Positions 24,548 through 38,304 of a stretch of DNA of 64,000 bases are shown one piece after another (within the stretch, counting starts at the first letter, position 1; every line of letters starts with the position of its first letter). Source of the stretch: Octopus bimaculoides (lineage: Eukaryota). Position numbers and translations under genes: made by a program. The stretch spans positions 48,235,005 through 48,299,004 of the forward strand of contig NC_068994.1 of the NCBI RefSeq assembly GCF_001194135.2, in the 5' to 3' direction. A model generated the notes under the pieces. The model searched no databases. It was given only the letters and a program-made list of their open reading frames with translations, and was not told the origin of the DNA.

Positions 24548-25233
24548 GTACACTTGAAGACCTTGTTCAACATTAATATCCAAACTTTTTTACCACTTTT
24601 ACTGCAGTATCTGTTACATACGCATACAAATAGCAAAGTCCCTAAAGTAATATTTAAGGAAGCCTAAATAGATAAATGGAGGGAAACCCCCTTCTAGTAG
24701 TGAGGTCTTAGCTGGGGAGCCCACTAAACCACTACCCTGTTTCTATTGTGTGATCAGTAAGCTGTATCAGGCCACAGCAGAACAGCAGCTAATTCGCATA
24801 GTTGGGGACATCATGGATCTGTTATATGCCCAGTATGTCAGGTAAACCCACAAAACATACGCTGTCTAAACCCATGGTTCTCAACCTTTTTAATATCCAG
24901 GCCAGATCTAAAACCTGGATTTTTTTAGGTGCTACACCAAAAAAAGTAAAGCACAAGTCAATTAAAGAAAAATTTATTATATTTTTAGAGGGGAGACCAT
25001 CGAGGGCTGCCAGTAGGATGCTTGAGGGCCACGTGTGGCCACATGAGGGCCACTTGGGAGCTGCCGTTGGACTTAGCCCACATGGTTGATAATAATTATG
25101 ATAATAATTATATGATTGTATTAGTTATTATGTATTTAGTTCTTTAGGAGATTTTTCGGTGAATTAAACAACTGCTAGTTTTTTAAATATTTTTTGTCAT
25201 TTGTTTAATGCTCTTTTTTTTTTTTTTGTATAG

Positions 25234-25403
25234 GTATTGATGAAACATTTTTGAAATTAGCTCAAGGCCTCATCGAATTAAGTGAAAAACCAAACTCTGG
25301 ACTAAAAGTTCATAGTTCTCCCTCTTTTGAAGGATATGAAACAAACAACACAGTGCAATTGGACAAATCAAAACCCGATGATGAGACTAATTGCGCCTGC
25401 TGA
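25234..25403 (+). CDS. Rab GTPase exon 7 (terminal, CxC prenylation motif)
   Basis: Poly-T tract plus gtatAG. Encodes (G)IDETFLKLAQGLIEL...DDETNCAC, stop TGA at 25401-25403. Spliced CDS is 67+97+70+94+30+126+170 = 654 nt = 217 aa plus stop, and all introns are GT-AG. Confidence 0.94.
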
Positions 25404-27123
25404 ACTTAAACAATTACCAATTATTACAGTAAATATAATCGAGTCGAGATTGACAGGTGGTAATTGACTAACATATTGACATAGACTAGACACAAATTTG
25501 AAGGCAAACGAAACATAAAATACATTGACAAAAAAGATCCTTTTGATGCTGAATCTAACTATACCAAACAATTGTATAGAGGCTTCCTTGGAGTTAATGA
25601 AAGAACTGTAAAGTAATCACCAACCTACAGGCAATACCCTACAAGCCTCACAAAGCAAGAACACACTGGATGATGAAGTTCAATGTACACTATACCTGTA
25701 TAAAAGATGGGCTGATCACATCTGGAATATCTTTAATCACAGGTCTGCTTGATCAGGGTTAAACAACATATGCTAGCATATGCCCCATTAACAAATCATC
25801 TGCCTTCACTTTTTTCCTTTTTTTTTTATTACCAAAATGACTCTTTCCAACAAATTGTTGATTGTCACAAATAACTTTGTATCCCTGTGACTATATATTT
25901 TAATATGCTGTCAATTTTCCAAGACTAACATATATATATATAAATAATACAAAATGGGACATATATATATATATATATACATACATAGAAGTAATTAATC
26001 TCCATGCTGATCAGGCACTTTTGATGTGGTGCAGGGAATATAAATAAACAGACACCCAAACATAAAATACACTCACATACACACATTTGCAGTATCATTA
26101 CTGTTATACACTTAATTCCATCCACTGCCCTCTCTCACTCACAAAATACATTCACACATGTATATACCTCTGTATTCCTATACACAAATACATATATGCA
26201 TGCATACAAATACACACATGCATACCCATACATACATTTAAACCTGTAGTTTCCTCCTATCATCTATTTTATTACCTTATTGCTTTTCTATTTAAGTAGA
26301 ATCTACTGAGCCACTCTATATTTGCGATATGGTAGTATGTGATAGGAACTACTAAGGACAATAATATAGGAACTTAGTTAACCCATATTCATGCCAAAAT
26401 ATCAGTAGATTATACATGTAACGTTTTTGTGTGTCTGTGTGTGTGAGTAAAGAGAAACAAAGGAAGGTTTTTAATTATTATATATTTTATACATATAATT
26501 GGTTTCACAAACAGAAGAAAGTTGACTATTTTCTTTTTAGCTGAGAAGCTCCAAGAGATTCTGGAGTTTTATGCCAATGCACTTATCAAAGTTTGATAAG
26601 CACATTAGTGTGAAACTCTAGAGGGACCTGGAACCTGTTGGCTACTAGTGGTTAGGGTGTTTGGTTTACAGTTGTAATGTTGTGGGTTCAACCTCTGGAT
26701 CATGTGGTACTTTGTGTCCTTGTGAGTGGTACTTCATTTCATGTTGCTCCAGTCTACACAGCTGAAAGTGAGTACCAGCCTTGTGCTGGTGCAGTTCCCT
26801 CTCTCTCTCTAGTTGTCACATCCTGGGTATGCCCCTGGATGATAGAGAGGGAGAGTTGAGGGGGTATCTATGTGAGCTTGTAAAGAATTTAAAACAATTG
26901 GTGGAAGCATGGTACAAACTATTCTATATTTTTAGAATGAGGAATTATGTGCATTACTTACAATGGACAGATAGGAGTCCTCATCTTGTTTGTTAACACA
27001 ATGTTTCAGCTGATGTACTCTCCAGCCTTCATCAAGTGTTGTGGTGGACCTATCTGCCCATTGTAAATAATGGGCATGGTACATGCTACCAAGCCCTACT
27101 CATATATGGGTGACACTTGGCTC

Positions 27124-27162
<39 letters not shown>

Positions 27163-27199
27163 GCATACATATACTATATTTTTGTAAGGAAAATATTTG

Positions 27200-27530
27200 A
27201 CACAGACATGGCTGTGTGGTAAGAATTTTGCTTCCCAACCACGTGGTTCCAGGTTCAGTCCCACTGTGACACCTCCTACAAGTGTCTTCTTCAGCCAAAG
27301 CCTTGTGAATAGATTTGGTTGGCAGAAACTGAAAGAAGCCTGTCATGTGTGTGTGTAGGTGTGTCTGTATTTGTCCCTCACCACTGCTTCGTTACCAGTG
27401 TTGGTGTGTTTACATCCCCATAACTAAGCAGTTCGGAAAAAGATACTGATAGTATAAGTACCAGACTTAAAGAAAATAAGCTCATCTAAAAACTCTTTAA
27501 GGTGATGCCCCCAAAATGACCTCAGTCTAA
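27200..27530 (+). mobile_element. SINE family A
   Basis: Same head, core and tail as the other copies. Confidence 0.8.
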
Positions 27531-30240
27531 CGACCGACTGTGTAACCATGATTGGACTTGATCATAATATAATTAAAAGTTGTAAGAGAGCAGTATCCAT
27601 GAAGTTGGATAAGTTAAGAGGTATATACTGAATATCATACTCAAATTTTTAATTTATTGAAATTCACCGCTGCAACAGGCAAGGGAGATAAATTTATTTG
27701 GTGGCAACTGTTAAGAGCTCTAAAGCAAGGGGACATAATTTCATGAACTCCAATTCTCCGTTGGAATTGTTTGATGAAGAGAGATAACTAAAACATAGTG
27801 TTTCACTTTGACCTCAACTGCATAGTATAGCCTTAATTCTGCTACCAAATCACTTGTAGACAATTTTGTATATACAAAAAGAATCTAGTATATTTTTGTT
27901 CAAGGGGGATTTCCATAATTAAAAACTAAAACGAACAAATTCAAAGGAGACAGTGGCATGGATTAGGATAATTAACTTAAAATGGTGATACACTGAATGC
28001 TATATTCATCAAATTCTTAATTTCTTGAAATTTTCCTTAAAGACTAAGAAAGAAAACTAAAAACTAGCAGAAATTGTTAGTAACTCTGAAGAAGGAGGGG
28101 AGATAATTTCAAGACTATATTTCTGACTCATTTAACATGCTTGGGAAGTCTAAGCTCTCTATAGTGGTTGTGATTGAATCAGCCTTTAAGCCAAGGATTA
28201 CTTCCCTTTTGTTCCTTATGAAACAAAGAACTTGGGTTGGTAGAAGTGGCTAAAATCCCTTGAACCGAGCTTCAGTTCAATTACTAAAACCAATATAAAA
28301 GAGTTTAACTTCAGCTGCAAACTTCATTAAGCTTTTATTCCCATGAGTTAGCTTCAATTGCTTTATTTTAGGGGTCAGAGTGAATGTTTAAATTCATGCT
28401 AGCAAAGCTCAGTGTGGTTAACTCAAGTGAGTGAATGTTTAAATGCAGTTCATAAAATTTAATAAGTAAAAGTAAAACAACTACCTAAATATAACTTTAG
28501 ATTAATAATTCTAACTTCAAATCCACTGCAAGCATTTTGCTGTTTTGTAGGGCTGTACACATGATTCCTAGAACCACAGTTTTCCTACATTAATCTATGG
28601 TAGACAGGTTTCCTTTCCTTGAAGACAGTTATCTTACTCATCTCCTTCACATCACAAAACCAAGACCAAAATACTGGTCCTCAAAAATTCTGCTGAAATT
28701 TTTACATTTAATTGGCCCAAATACAAACCAACAAGGAAACCTTTAAGTAGTCATTCAATCTGCTAGAAATATCAACTAAATTTCCCTTGAATCACATCCT
28801 ACCATCTTTAATTAAAGGTGGATACAGTGGATTACTAACTTTATAGGGACATTTATCAATCAACCCTCATGATATTTAGCAGTCATATTCCACTATTAGA
28901 TAACCAAAATACTTTGTCAACGAGCCAGTCCAGCTGGTTATAAAATAGGTACCGCATGTTAGAATGGCTGGGTCCCACTGATGTAAGCAGTGGCAATAAT
29001 GTTATATTACCTTTGAATATTATTTTCTTCGGTTCATAGTGCTACAGTGTTCATGTGGTGGTGCATACTGTTAGTCCTAAGGACATGGTTCAAACTTCAG
29101 CTCTGCTTCAGAATAGGGACAAAGTGAATAGTCCCTGCTGCCATTTTCTCCCTATTTGCACACAACTCTGTATATTCACTGCTTATTGTGTCACTTTCTC
29201 CTATTATGACAAATCCTGTACATTATATAATCAGAAATCAAGGACTGAATTACTTTAGGAATCCATAAATCTTCTACATTCTGAAAATTGCCAAATTCTT
29301 TACAAAAAAAAAATTTTTTTTTTTTTTGCATAACTGAAGAAAAAACTTCATTTATGGGGTTTTTTTAAAAGGAAAAAAGAAAGAACAAATATATATATAT
29401 TGTTTCTATTTTGTCATTTTGTTATTTTTATTTTATCAAAATGGCTGTGAAGTATTGACCTACTAAGTTCAAACTCATTATCTGAATGTCTGAGATGCTA
29501 GACTAACAGCCTTAACATCTGATATTTAAATCTACACATTTCAAATAGTTTGATCTTGATCAAGATTAGGTGTCTTATTCTTGGATGTGCACATGGTCTG
29601 AAACAAGATTAAAATAAGGATCCTTTATTAGTACCATTACTTTAGAAATAAAGTTTCTTGGATCAAATCCAAACCAGTCCTATGTTTTCTATACCCATAT
29701 CAAGGAATAAAATAAAAGATAATGATTTGAGGGCTAATCAACCAAGGTGCAGAGTAGCTGTAAGATTTGTTTAAACAGTCAAAAGTATGGCTTTATGGTA
29801 AGAAGCTGTGTTACCTTTGGCAAGTGTCTTCTGCTATGGCCTTGAGTTGACCAAAGCCTTTTAAGTGGATTCAGTTGAAACCAATAATAGAGCTATCCTG
29901 CAATATGAAGGCTTATGGCCTAGTGGTCAGGATCTTGTACTCAAGATCATAAGATTGTGGTTTTGATTACCGGATTAGATGGCGTGTTGCATTCTTCATT
30001 TCATAATGCTCCAGTCCACTTAGCTGGCACAACTGAACCCCACAAATAGCTGGGGAGTTGACCCTACAATGGATCAATATCCCATTCAGCAGAGTGTTGT
30101 AATCCCAGTCACTTATATGCCAAGGAAATTGGGTAAAAGCTCCAGCTTTCTGAGTCCTTAGTCTCATGACAGACCTAAATTTATCTTGCAATGCCACTAC
30201 TGAAATAAAAACCAATACACCCAAGGAAGACACTAATAAT

Positions 30241-30790
30241 AATGGTTTCAAATTTTGGCGCAGGGCCAGCAAGTTCAAAGGGGTGGGTAAGTCAATTACA
30301 TTGACTCCAGTGCTGAACTGGTATTTATTTTATCGATCCTCAAAGAACAAAAGGCAAAGTCAACCTCGACAGAATTTGAACTCCGAATTTAAAGATTGAT
30401 GAAATGCCACAAAGCATTTTGCCTGGCGTACTAACGATTCTGCCAGCCTGCTGCCTTGAAGACTAATAATCCTTTCTATTATAGGTTCAATAGCTGAAAT
30501 TTGTGGGGAGGGGAACATCAACTCCAGTGTTTCACTGGTACTTAATTTATCGATCCCCGGAAGAATTTAAACTCAGAACATAGCAATAGGTGAAACATCA
30601 CTAAGCATTTTGCCTGGCATGCTAACAATTCTACCAGCTCACTGCCTTACCTTGAAGACTAATAATAATGACAATTTTTAGCATTCATACAGGATTACAA
30701 ATTTGGTGGGAAAGTAGCTAGTAATTCAAACCAGTACTCAGAGAATTAACCTCAACAGGATTTTAATTTAGAATATAAAACCATTGCCCA
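30241..30790 (-). mobile_element. head-to-tail run of family-B SINE copies
   Basis: Two near-complete copies and one degenerate copy (aaggcaaagtcaacctcgacagaatttgaactc...ctaacgattctgccagc), separated by gaagactaataat. Confidence 0.75.
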
Positions 30791-31319
30791 TAAATTTTAA
30801 CAAAAAGTCTTATGTGGACCTATAAGGGCCATACAGACCCCAGTTGAGATCTACTGTCATAGATGAATTGTTCACCTTGTAGATAATGGAGTGCATAACC
30901 AAACCAACAGAGGTGCCATTCGAGCAAGTCTCAAACAGCTACGTTTGATAGGAGTTGATGTTTAGCTTGAACTTTTGCTTCTTCAGCCTCAAATAAATAG
31001 TGACATTACAGTAAAACTCAAATTATCTGTTAACAAGTCAGCAATGTGGTATATTAAGACTGAATATTGGTTACAAATTTTGGCACAAAGCCATCAATTT
31101 TGAGGAAGTGAGTCAATTACATTGACCCCAGTGCTCAACTGGGATTCATTTTAGCGACCCCAAAAGGATGAAAGGCAAAGTTGACCCAGGTGGAAGAACA
31201 TAAAGGCAGATAAAATACCACCAAGCATTTTGCCCAGCAGGCTAAAAACTCTGCCAGCTCCCCACCTTGTTAATACTGAATTAATACACATTTAAACAGA
31301 ATCTTTTTATAATAAATTG

Positions 31320-31609
31320 CGAGCGAGTTCGTTGCCAGTCCGCCGAACTGGCTCCTGTGCAGGTGGCACATAAAATACACCATTTTGAGCGTAGCTGTTG
31401 CCAGTACCTCCTGACTGGCCTTCATGCCGGTGGCATGTAAAAGCACCCACTACACTCTCAGAGTGGTTGGCGTTAGGAAGGGCATCCAGCTGTAGAAACT
31501 CTGCCAAATCAGATTGGAGCCTGGTGTAGCCATCTGGTTCACCAGTCCTCAGTCAAATCGTCCAACCCATGCTAGCATGGAAAGCAGACCTTAAACGATG
31601 ATGATGATG
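31320..31609 (+). mobile_element. SINE family C (RTE-like tail ending (GAT)n)
   Basis: ...ggcgttaggaagggcatccagctgtagaaac...ccaacccatgctagcatggaaagcagaccttaaacgatgatgatgat. Confidence 0.75.
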
Positions 31610-32227
31610 CAATAAAGTGTATATAGAGAAAACATTTATAATCAAAACTTACATTAGCCACTGAGAGATGGCTAACTGCAGAACTGTTTTACCTCTAACA
31701 AAGGTTGTTTAGTTTAGACAGTTGGCTTATCTCATTTGCAATATCAGTATGTTCTGGCAGTAAAAGGAAAAGATACTTCTTTAACCTTCAAAGTCTAACT
31801 GTAGTTTAATATGGAATAATTCTTTTCTGATATGGGCACAAAGCCTGAAAACTTGTGGGAGTACATTGACCTCAGTATTCAATAGCTACTATTTTATTGA
31901 TCCCGAAACAAGGAAACAAAGTCAAACTGGGTAGAATTTGAACTTGGAACATGAAGACATGCTACCAATTCTGTCACCTCACTGCCTTGAAAACATGGAA
32001 TAATAAAATCAAAAGATCCAGTCATTGGTAATGTGAAAAAGCTAGCAATAAAGATCAAGTAGAGAGCATAAGTTTCCTACACTGTCTGGCATGTCATTTA
32101 ATGAGTTTATGATTTTTCAAACAAGCAAACAAAAACATGTTATTTTTACAGTGGAGAAACTTTATTTTTTAAAAACATACATTTTATCATGAAATGGTGA
32201 TGTAGGTGCATGTGTTTTTTAATGCCT

Positions 32228-32462
32228 GTATATATATATATATATAATGTACACATATATATATTGATATGCACATATATATGTATACACATACATATTG
32301 ATATGCATATGCATGTATATATATACATACATAGACACACACATATATATATATACTTACATGTACATACGCACACATGTATATATACTTACATGTACAT
32401 ACACACACATATATACTTACATATACATAGACATATATACTTACATATACATGCACACACAT

Positions 32463-32496
<34 letters not shown>

Positions 32497-32908
32497 ATAC
32501 ACACACATACATATACATACACACACATACTTACATATACATACATATAGATACATATACATATATATATATATATATATATATTCATCATCATCATCAT
32601 CGTTTAACGTCCGCTTTCCATGCTAGCATGGGTTGGACGATTTGACTGAGGACTGGTGAAACCGGATGGCAACACCAGGCTCCAATCTAATATATATATA
32701 GATATACATATAGATATACATACTTACATATGCATACATATATAGTCAATCCAAACATGAACAAGCAAGAAAAAACAACAACGCGAGGACGTGGAATAAG
32801 TACAGTGTTATTGGACGCTCAGGAAAGGAATATACATACATCTACATACATAAACATACACATACATATATACATGAGAGAGGTTGAGCTTGAAATATAT
32901 TATATATA
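32228..32908. repeat. cryptic (TA/CA)-rich compound microsatellite interrupted by a minus-strand SINE-C tail (32586-32688)
   Basis: Long atatacac/atacatat variants running into the N-gap at 32909-33021. Confidence 0.85.
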
Positions 32909-33097
32909 NNNNNNNNNNNNNNNNNNNNNNNNNNNNNNNNNNNNNNNNNNNNNNNNNNNNNNNNNNNNNNNNNNNNNNNNNNNNNNNNNNNNNNNNNNNN
33001 NNNNNNNNNNNNNNNNNNNNNTATATATATATATATATATATATATTATATTATAGATAATTATACATGTATTAGGGTAAGGCCCTAAGTGCAGCTA

Positions 33098-33331
33098 TCA
33101 TGACTGTATCGTGTTAGCTGGACGTTTGTCTGTGAAGAAGCTATGCAGAACTATGATCTGGCCAATTCCAACAACAATCACTGCCACTGTCTCACATATT
33201 GACCAAAAAAATACTCTCTCATTCAGGAACTCAGCAAAAGCTCGCCCACTGGACTCCCGCAGCTTGAAGTGAGTCTGATAGTCAGCAATGGTGTTCAGCT
33301 GTGCATGTGTATTCACTGAAGTCTGCTCCAT
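33098..33331 (-). CDS. TMED7: p24-gamma terminal exon, distal copy (3B): coiled coil + TM + FF tail
   Basis: Acceptor tttttttcttcttctctatcttcAG directly before ATG, phase 0. Encodes MEQTSVNTHAQLNTIADYQTHFKLRESSGRAFAEFLNERVFFWSICETVAVIVVGIGQIIVLHSFFTDKRPANTIQS, stop TGA followed by TAG. The reading frame is intact. Confidence 0.9.
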   Translation of the reverse strand: MEQTSVNTHAQLNTIADYQTHFKLRESSGRAFAEFLNERVFFWSICETVAVIVVGIGQIIVLHSFFTDKRPANTIQS

Positions 33332-36300
33332 CTGAAGATAGAGAAGAAGAAAAAAACGAAAATTATATTTTAGTCTTCAATAAAACAAGTGTTAATGGCA
33401 TTATTTCAAAGTGTTTAGAAGACACTTAAAATCAGATTTAAAAATGTATATACAAAACTGTGAGTGCAAATGTCTCAATGTGTGTATGTATGTGTGTGTG
33501 TGTGTGTCACTTAGGTAAAGTGATACTAATTATTTGGCATTAGTAGTAAACCTATATTAGCTTCAGAATAAAGTGTTGGTTGAGTACAAAGTGTAATATG
33601 ACAAAGGAACAGGAAATTATGCAATGAATTTCATCAACTTACAACTGTTCTCTGCTAGAAGATGCAGTGCACTCACAAATGAGTTATTTGGGAAGGCATT
33701 TACTAGCATTTCATTTTAGAAGCTCTGAGGAAGCTATAAGTTAGTGCACATGCATTCAGCGATGCATCTTGTAGCAGAAACAGCTTTAGGCTAATGAAGT
33801 TCATTGCCTAAATTCTTGTTTTGTCATTTAATTTCATATACAATTAGCCGAAAGTGATGAAGACCATTAGAGTGACTTTTGCCATTTATCAAACCAGAGC
33901 TCCCTTATTGCATGCCACTTACCAAACTGTGGCTACCTCATTGTCTCATGGCAGTACTATAACCTTTAATAAGCGTCATGCACAAAACTCACAAATCCTT
34001 TCTCACTTTCTGCCAAGTAAAAAGATTGACACACATACTCAGTTTACTGAGTTCTGTTTCTGCTGTTCTACCACTCAATATAAGAACATTCTTAAATCAA
34101 AAATGAAGGAGACCAGAAATTCAAAGAGTTATATTTTACAGATTCAATGTTTTAGTAAAGACAATCTGTTAGTTGACATGCAATTATATCATGTCACTAG
34201 CTATTCAACCTACAAGAAATAGCAACCGATGTTAATTTCCTTTCCTTTTCAGATGGCAGGACATGATTTTGAAGGAGATTTGGCTGTTATTTCTAATAGG
34301 TCTAGTGACTGCATAGAGACTCCCTCCCAATCATAACACTTTAAAACACTGTTTTGTTATCTTAAAAATACTGGTTGAACAGTTTTTTTTTTGTTTGTTT
34401 TTTTTTGTTACAGTGTACAAAGTTTATAAACACATGGCAAGAAGTCAGACAAATTTAGCAGAGAATTTCATTCAAATTTCTCCAGAATGCAACCCAAAAT
34501 CTCAATTTCAGTCATATGATCTCCATTTTAAATTTTGTAGAGGGAAATTTTGCTGCTTCATCGATCTTGCATATCATAGTACAGAATTTAAAGTTAATAA
34601 GTTTACTAGAGACTTAGTCACTATATGCAGCAAGTCAAGCAACTACATAACAACTGAAAAGAAACTGATGTTACACTTGGACAAGTCCACCTTGCATGCT
34701 TCTCCTTTGCTATAGTCATTCATACCAGCAAGCTAACAAGGGAGATTATGTAGTTACTTGACATGCTAGAAATAACAGCCGAATTTCTTCCAATCAAACC
34801 ATTTCAAAAAAAGTAGTCACTAACCAATATAGTCCTAGATATACAAAAAAGATTGGCTGATCATAGCTGGAACGCCTTTGGTCATAGGTCTGCTCAACTA
34901 GGGCTGACTCAGGGTTAAACATTAATAGCAGTTATTCAAGACTGGACAACAGAAGGAATGCAATACACTCCGACTCATAAACTGCATTCTACACAACAAA
35001 ATGACTGCATGTTGTATATAATATGGATGCCCTCAACCAGATACAAGTACCATAGGCTATTCCTAGTTATTTGAACAAGTACCTAGGTACCATAAACCTG
35101 CTTGAGCAAGGCTGACCTGCATTTCATAGCAACAACTAGAGAAGCTCCTTCACTGATTCATGTGATCCTCCATTTAGTCCCTTTTGATACCAAACTACCA
35201 GAGACTGGCTTTGGTTCTATGATACAATCTTCCTATTTTAAAGCGATTTCAGTTAAAACCTCCCATCAAAATTTCGTGTTGATTTTATGTTCCAAACATC
35301 AGCTTAATAACGACAAAGTTATTTTACTAAATACTCCATTATTTTCAAAATCAATTGAAACTAATGCAGTGCATTTCAACAGAAATATAATAACAAGAGG
35401 GTTACATATACTAAAGAGTTTGATGGTGGAGAAGATTTGGTGGTAACATTGAGCAGGCTGATTTCACAGAAGCTCTCTTGCTGGCTTATGTAAGATCACC
35501 TATTTTAAAGACAGTATTGTGTTTAAGGAAAAATTTGGCTGAGACACTGAGCAAGTCAAACTACAACATAGCTCCCTTGTCTGGTTTTTCTTTTATTTTT
35601 ACTTATTTAGACTGTGGGCACCACCTCAAAGAATTTTAGTTGAACAAATCAATGCCAGTACTAATTTTGTTAAGCCTCGTAGTTATTCTATTAGTCTCTA
35701 GGCTTAACAAAATAAGTTTATTGACCCTTCTGATACTTGAAGTTGTCTTCAATCTTATAATACAAAATTGTCTGAATTAAAATCATTTCCATTTAAAATA
35801 GAATCTCCCATTGTTATATAAAGTTATGTTCCAAACACCACTTTAATAATGAAAATATTATTTTATCATACCAAAGCCTTTCAAATTCTTGATTATATTC
35901 AAAATTAATTTAAACAATTAAGCACAGTAATTTAGTAAAAAATAAAGTCATGAAAAAACTTCAAAGAATTTCTGAAGTGGTATTTTGTTGGCATTAGAAA
36001 GGGCATCCAGCCATAGAAACCAAGTCAAAACAGACTGGAGCCTGGTGCAACTCTACAGCTTGCCTGTCCCAGTGAAACTGTCTGACCCATGCCAGCATGG
36101 AAAATGGATGCCAAATGATGATGATGCATTTGAATAAATATTTTGTATCTGTTTAATTAAATAAATACAATCTTTTAGACAATTTTATCATTAACGTTTC
36201 ATTCTAAAATAAATTTAAATAAATACCACTGAAAATAAGATAAGCAAGCAAATAGGGGTAAGCAGAGTTTTTTAATGCTTTTTTTTTTTTTTTCGTTAGA

Positions 36301-36543
36301 AAGCAAGCTGAAACAATTAGAATATATTAAAAGCAGAAAATAAGAGTCATGCTTGATTTTGTTGCTCAATAATCAACTTTTCTTTCTGATACTAATGCAT
36401 AATTCATCCACAGCAGAGGAATAAAAAAAAAAAATGATGTTAAAGCCAATCTCTGAAAATTTTGAACTCATTACAGAAAAGTATGATACTAAATGCTATA
36501 ATCTATTTAATCTAATATTCTACTGGTTCAGTCATGTACACCT

Positions 36544-36763
36544 TTAATCCTTTCGATACCAACCTGGCTGAAACCGCCTCTGTAGTACAAATGTCTTGTT
36601 TTCATAAGTTCTGAATAAAAACCTTCCACCAAACCTTAGTTGCAATTTATGTTCCTAACACCAGCTTAATGATAACTATGTTATTTTACTAAATTCTTTG
36701 TTATATTTAAAATTAATTGAAATACGGAGCATCTCAAAATAAATATGGTAACAAAAGGGTTAA
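36544..36763. mobile_element. piggyBac-like MITE with TTAA TSD
   Basis: TTAA|tcctttcgatacc ... ggtaacaaaaggg|TTAA. More degenerate copies of the same family lie at about 35179-35404 and 35760-35920. Confidence 0.7.
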
Positions 36764-38061
36764 GTAACATTAACAATAATGTTGATTTCTCACATTTGAG
36801 ACAGGGCCATAAATTTCTAGAGAAAGACCTAGCTAACTGAATCAAATTTAGTACATATATGTCAACTGCAATGATGACTGGACAGTTTTCATTACCAGTT
36901 ATTGCAAGAAGAGTTCATCAGTTTGAGGAAAGGGAAAATGATAGGAGTGTTAAAATTTTTCATAAACATCTTACCAACAGCCCTTGTCCAGCATGACCCC
37001 AGTTCTTTACTATACCTTGTTAGTAGAATGAGTTACAAAAAGCATCACATATGAGAATAAAGAAATTTTAAAAAGACATTTATTGTTCCTACAGTTTAGC
37101 CCCTGGCCACATGGTAAGGCTTGGCCCAGCAGACCTATAATTAAAGGCATTCAAGCCATGTTTTACTCAGACATACTGTATCTAGAACTACATTATCCAA
37201 CATGGTCTTTCTTTATCCAAACAACAGGCTGTTGTTTGAGGAAGATTTGACTGCTATTTCTGGCAGGACAAGTAGCTACATAAGCACTCCTTTGTTGGCT
37301 CTTGAAAATTACACTATGAGTTATGTGTATGTATGTGTGGAGAGATCAGAGGTTTACTCTTCAGGTTTCAGTATTCTCTGGAAAGTGTAACATGGCTATT
37401 TTCCAAAAATCAATACAATTAACCACCTGCTGATAGATGCATTTTATCAAAGCACATAGAAACCTAAAGCAATATTGGTTTATCACATTTTGTTTTTTAT
37501 TCTTTGATTTTTCTATTTTCCATTTTATTGTTTTCTTCTTTAGTTCCAGATCAGTTCCAATAGAGAAGATAGGTTTTTTAAGAAAGCAATTCCAACTATG
37601 ACCAACCCCTCATCTTCTTTAAGATATGATACAATATGTCCTTTTCTGTTTGAAAATGTGATTTGCAGAATTAAGATTTGGTTGTTATGTCTAGTAGAGG
37701 TTCCATCTCAATTTTGCTTTCATATGTGAGATCCATTATTAGTTGTTTTTGGCCCTTTTATTTATTTATTTACAGATATACTTTCTTCCTTTTTCACAGT
37801 TGGAGAATATCTATCTTATCAGTCAAGAAAACCAAACCATTGTGACAAGTCCCCTTCCCAAATAAAATCTGAGATTAAAACTGCAAGCTAATGAAAAGAA
37901 GAAAATACAATCCCTACTGCTTTCAGAAGTGAACTGTAGCTCTCCACCAGTTAATGACAATATAGCGCTTAAGTGGTGTGCATGAGGTTAGTAACCTAAT
38001 TTAAAACAGCAATAACTGTTTTGTTACTATACTGATTTTGACTACTTTTGTTCTAATTACT

Positions 38062-38262
38062 CTCTTTTACTTGTTTCAGTCATTTGACTGTGGCCATGCT
38101 GGAGCACCACCTTTAGTTGAGCAAATCGACTCCAGGGCTTATTCTTTGTAAGCCTAGTACTTATTCTATCGCTCACTTTTGCCAAACTGCTAAGTTACGG
38201 GGACAAACACACCAGCATCGGTTGTCAAGCAATGTTGGGGGAACAAACACACACACAAACAT

Positions 38263-38304
<42 letters not shown>

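Noticed and set aside
32187-32645. Cys/Tyr/His/Ile-rich ORFs of 115-138 aa
   Set aside because: Translations of a compound TA/CA microsatellite.
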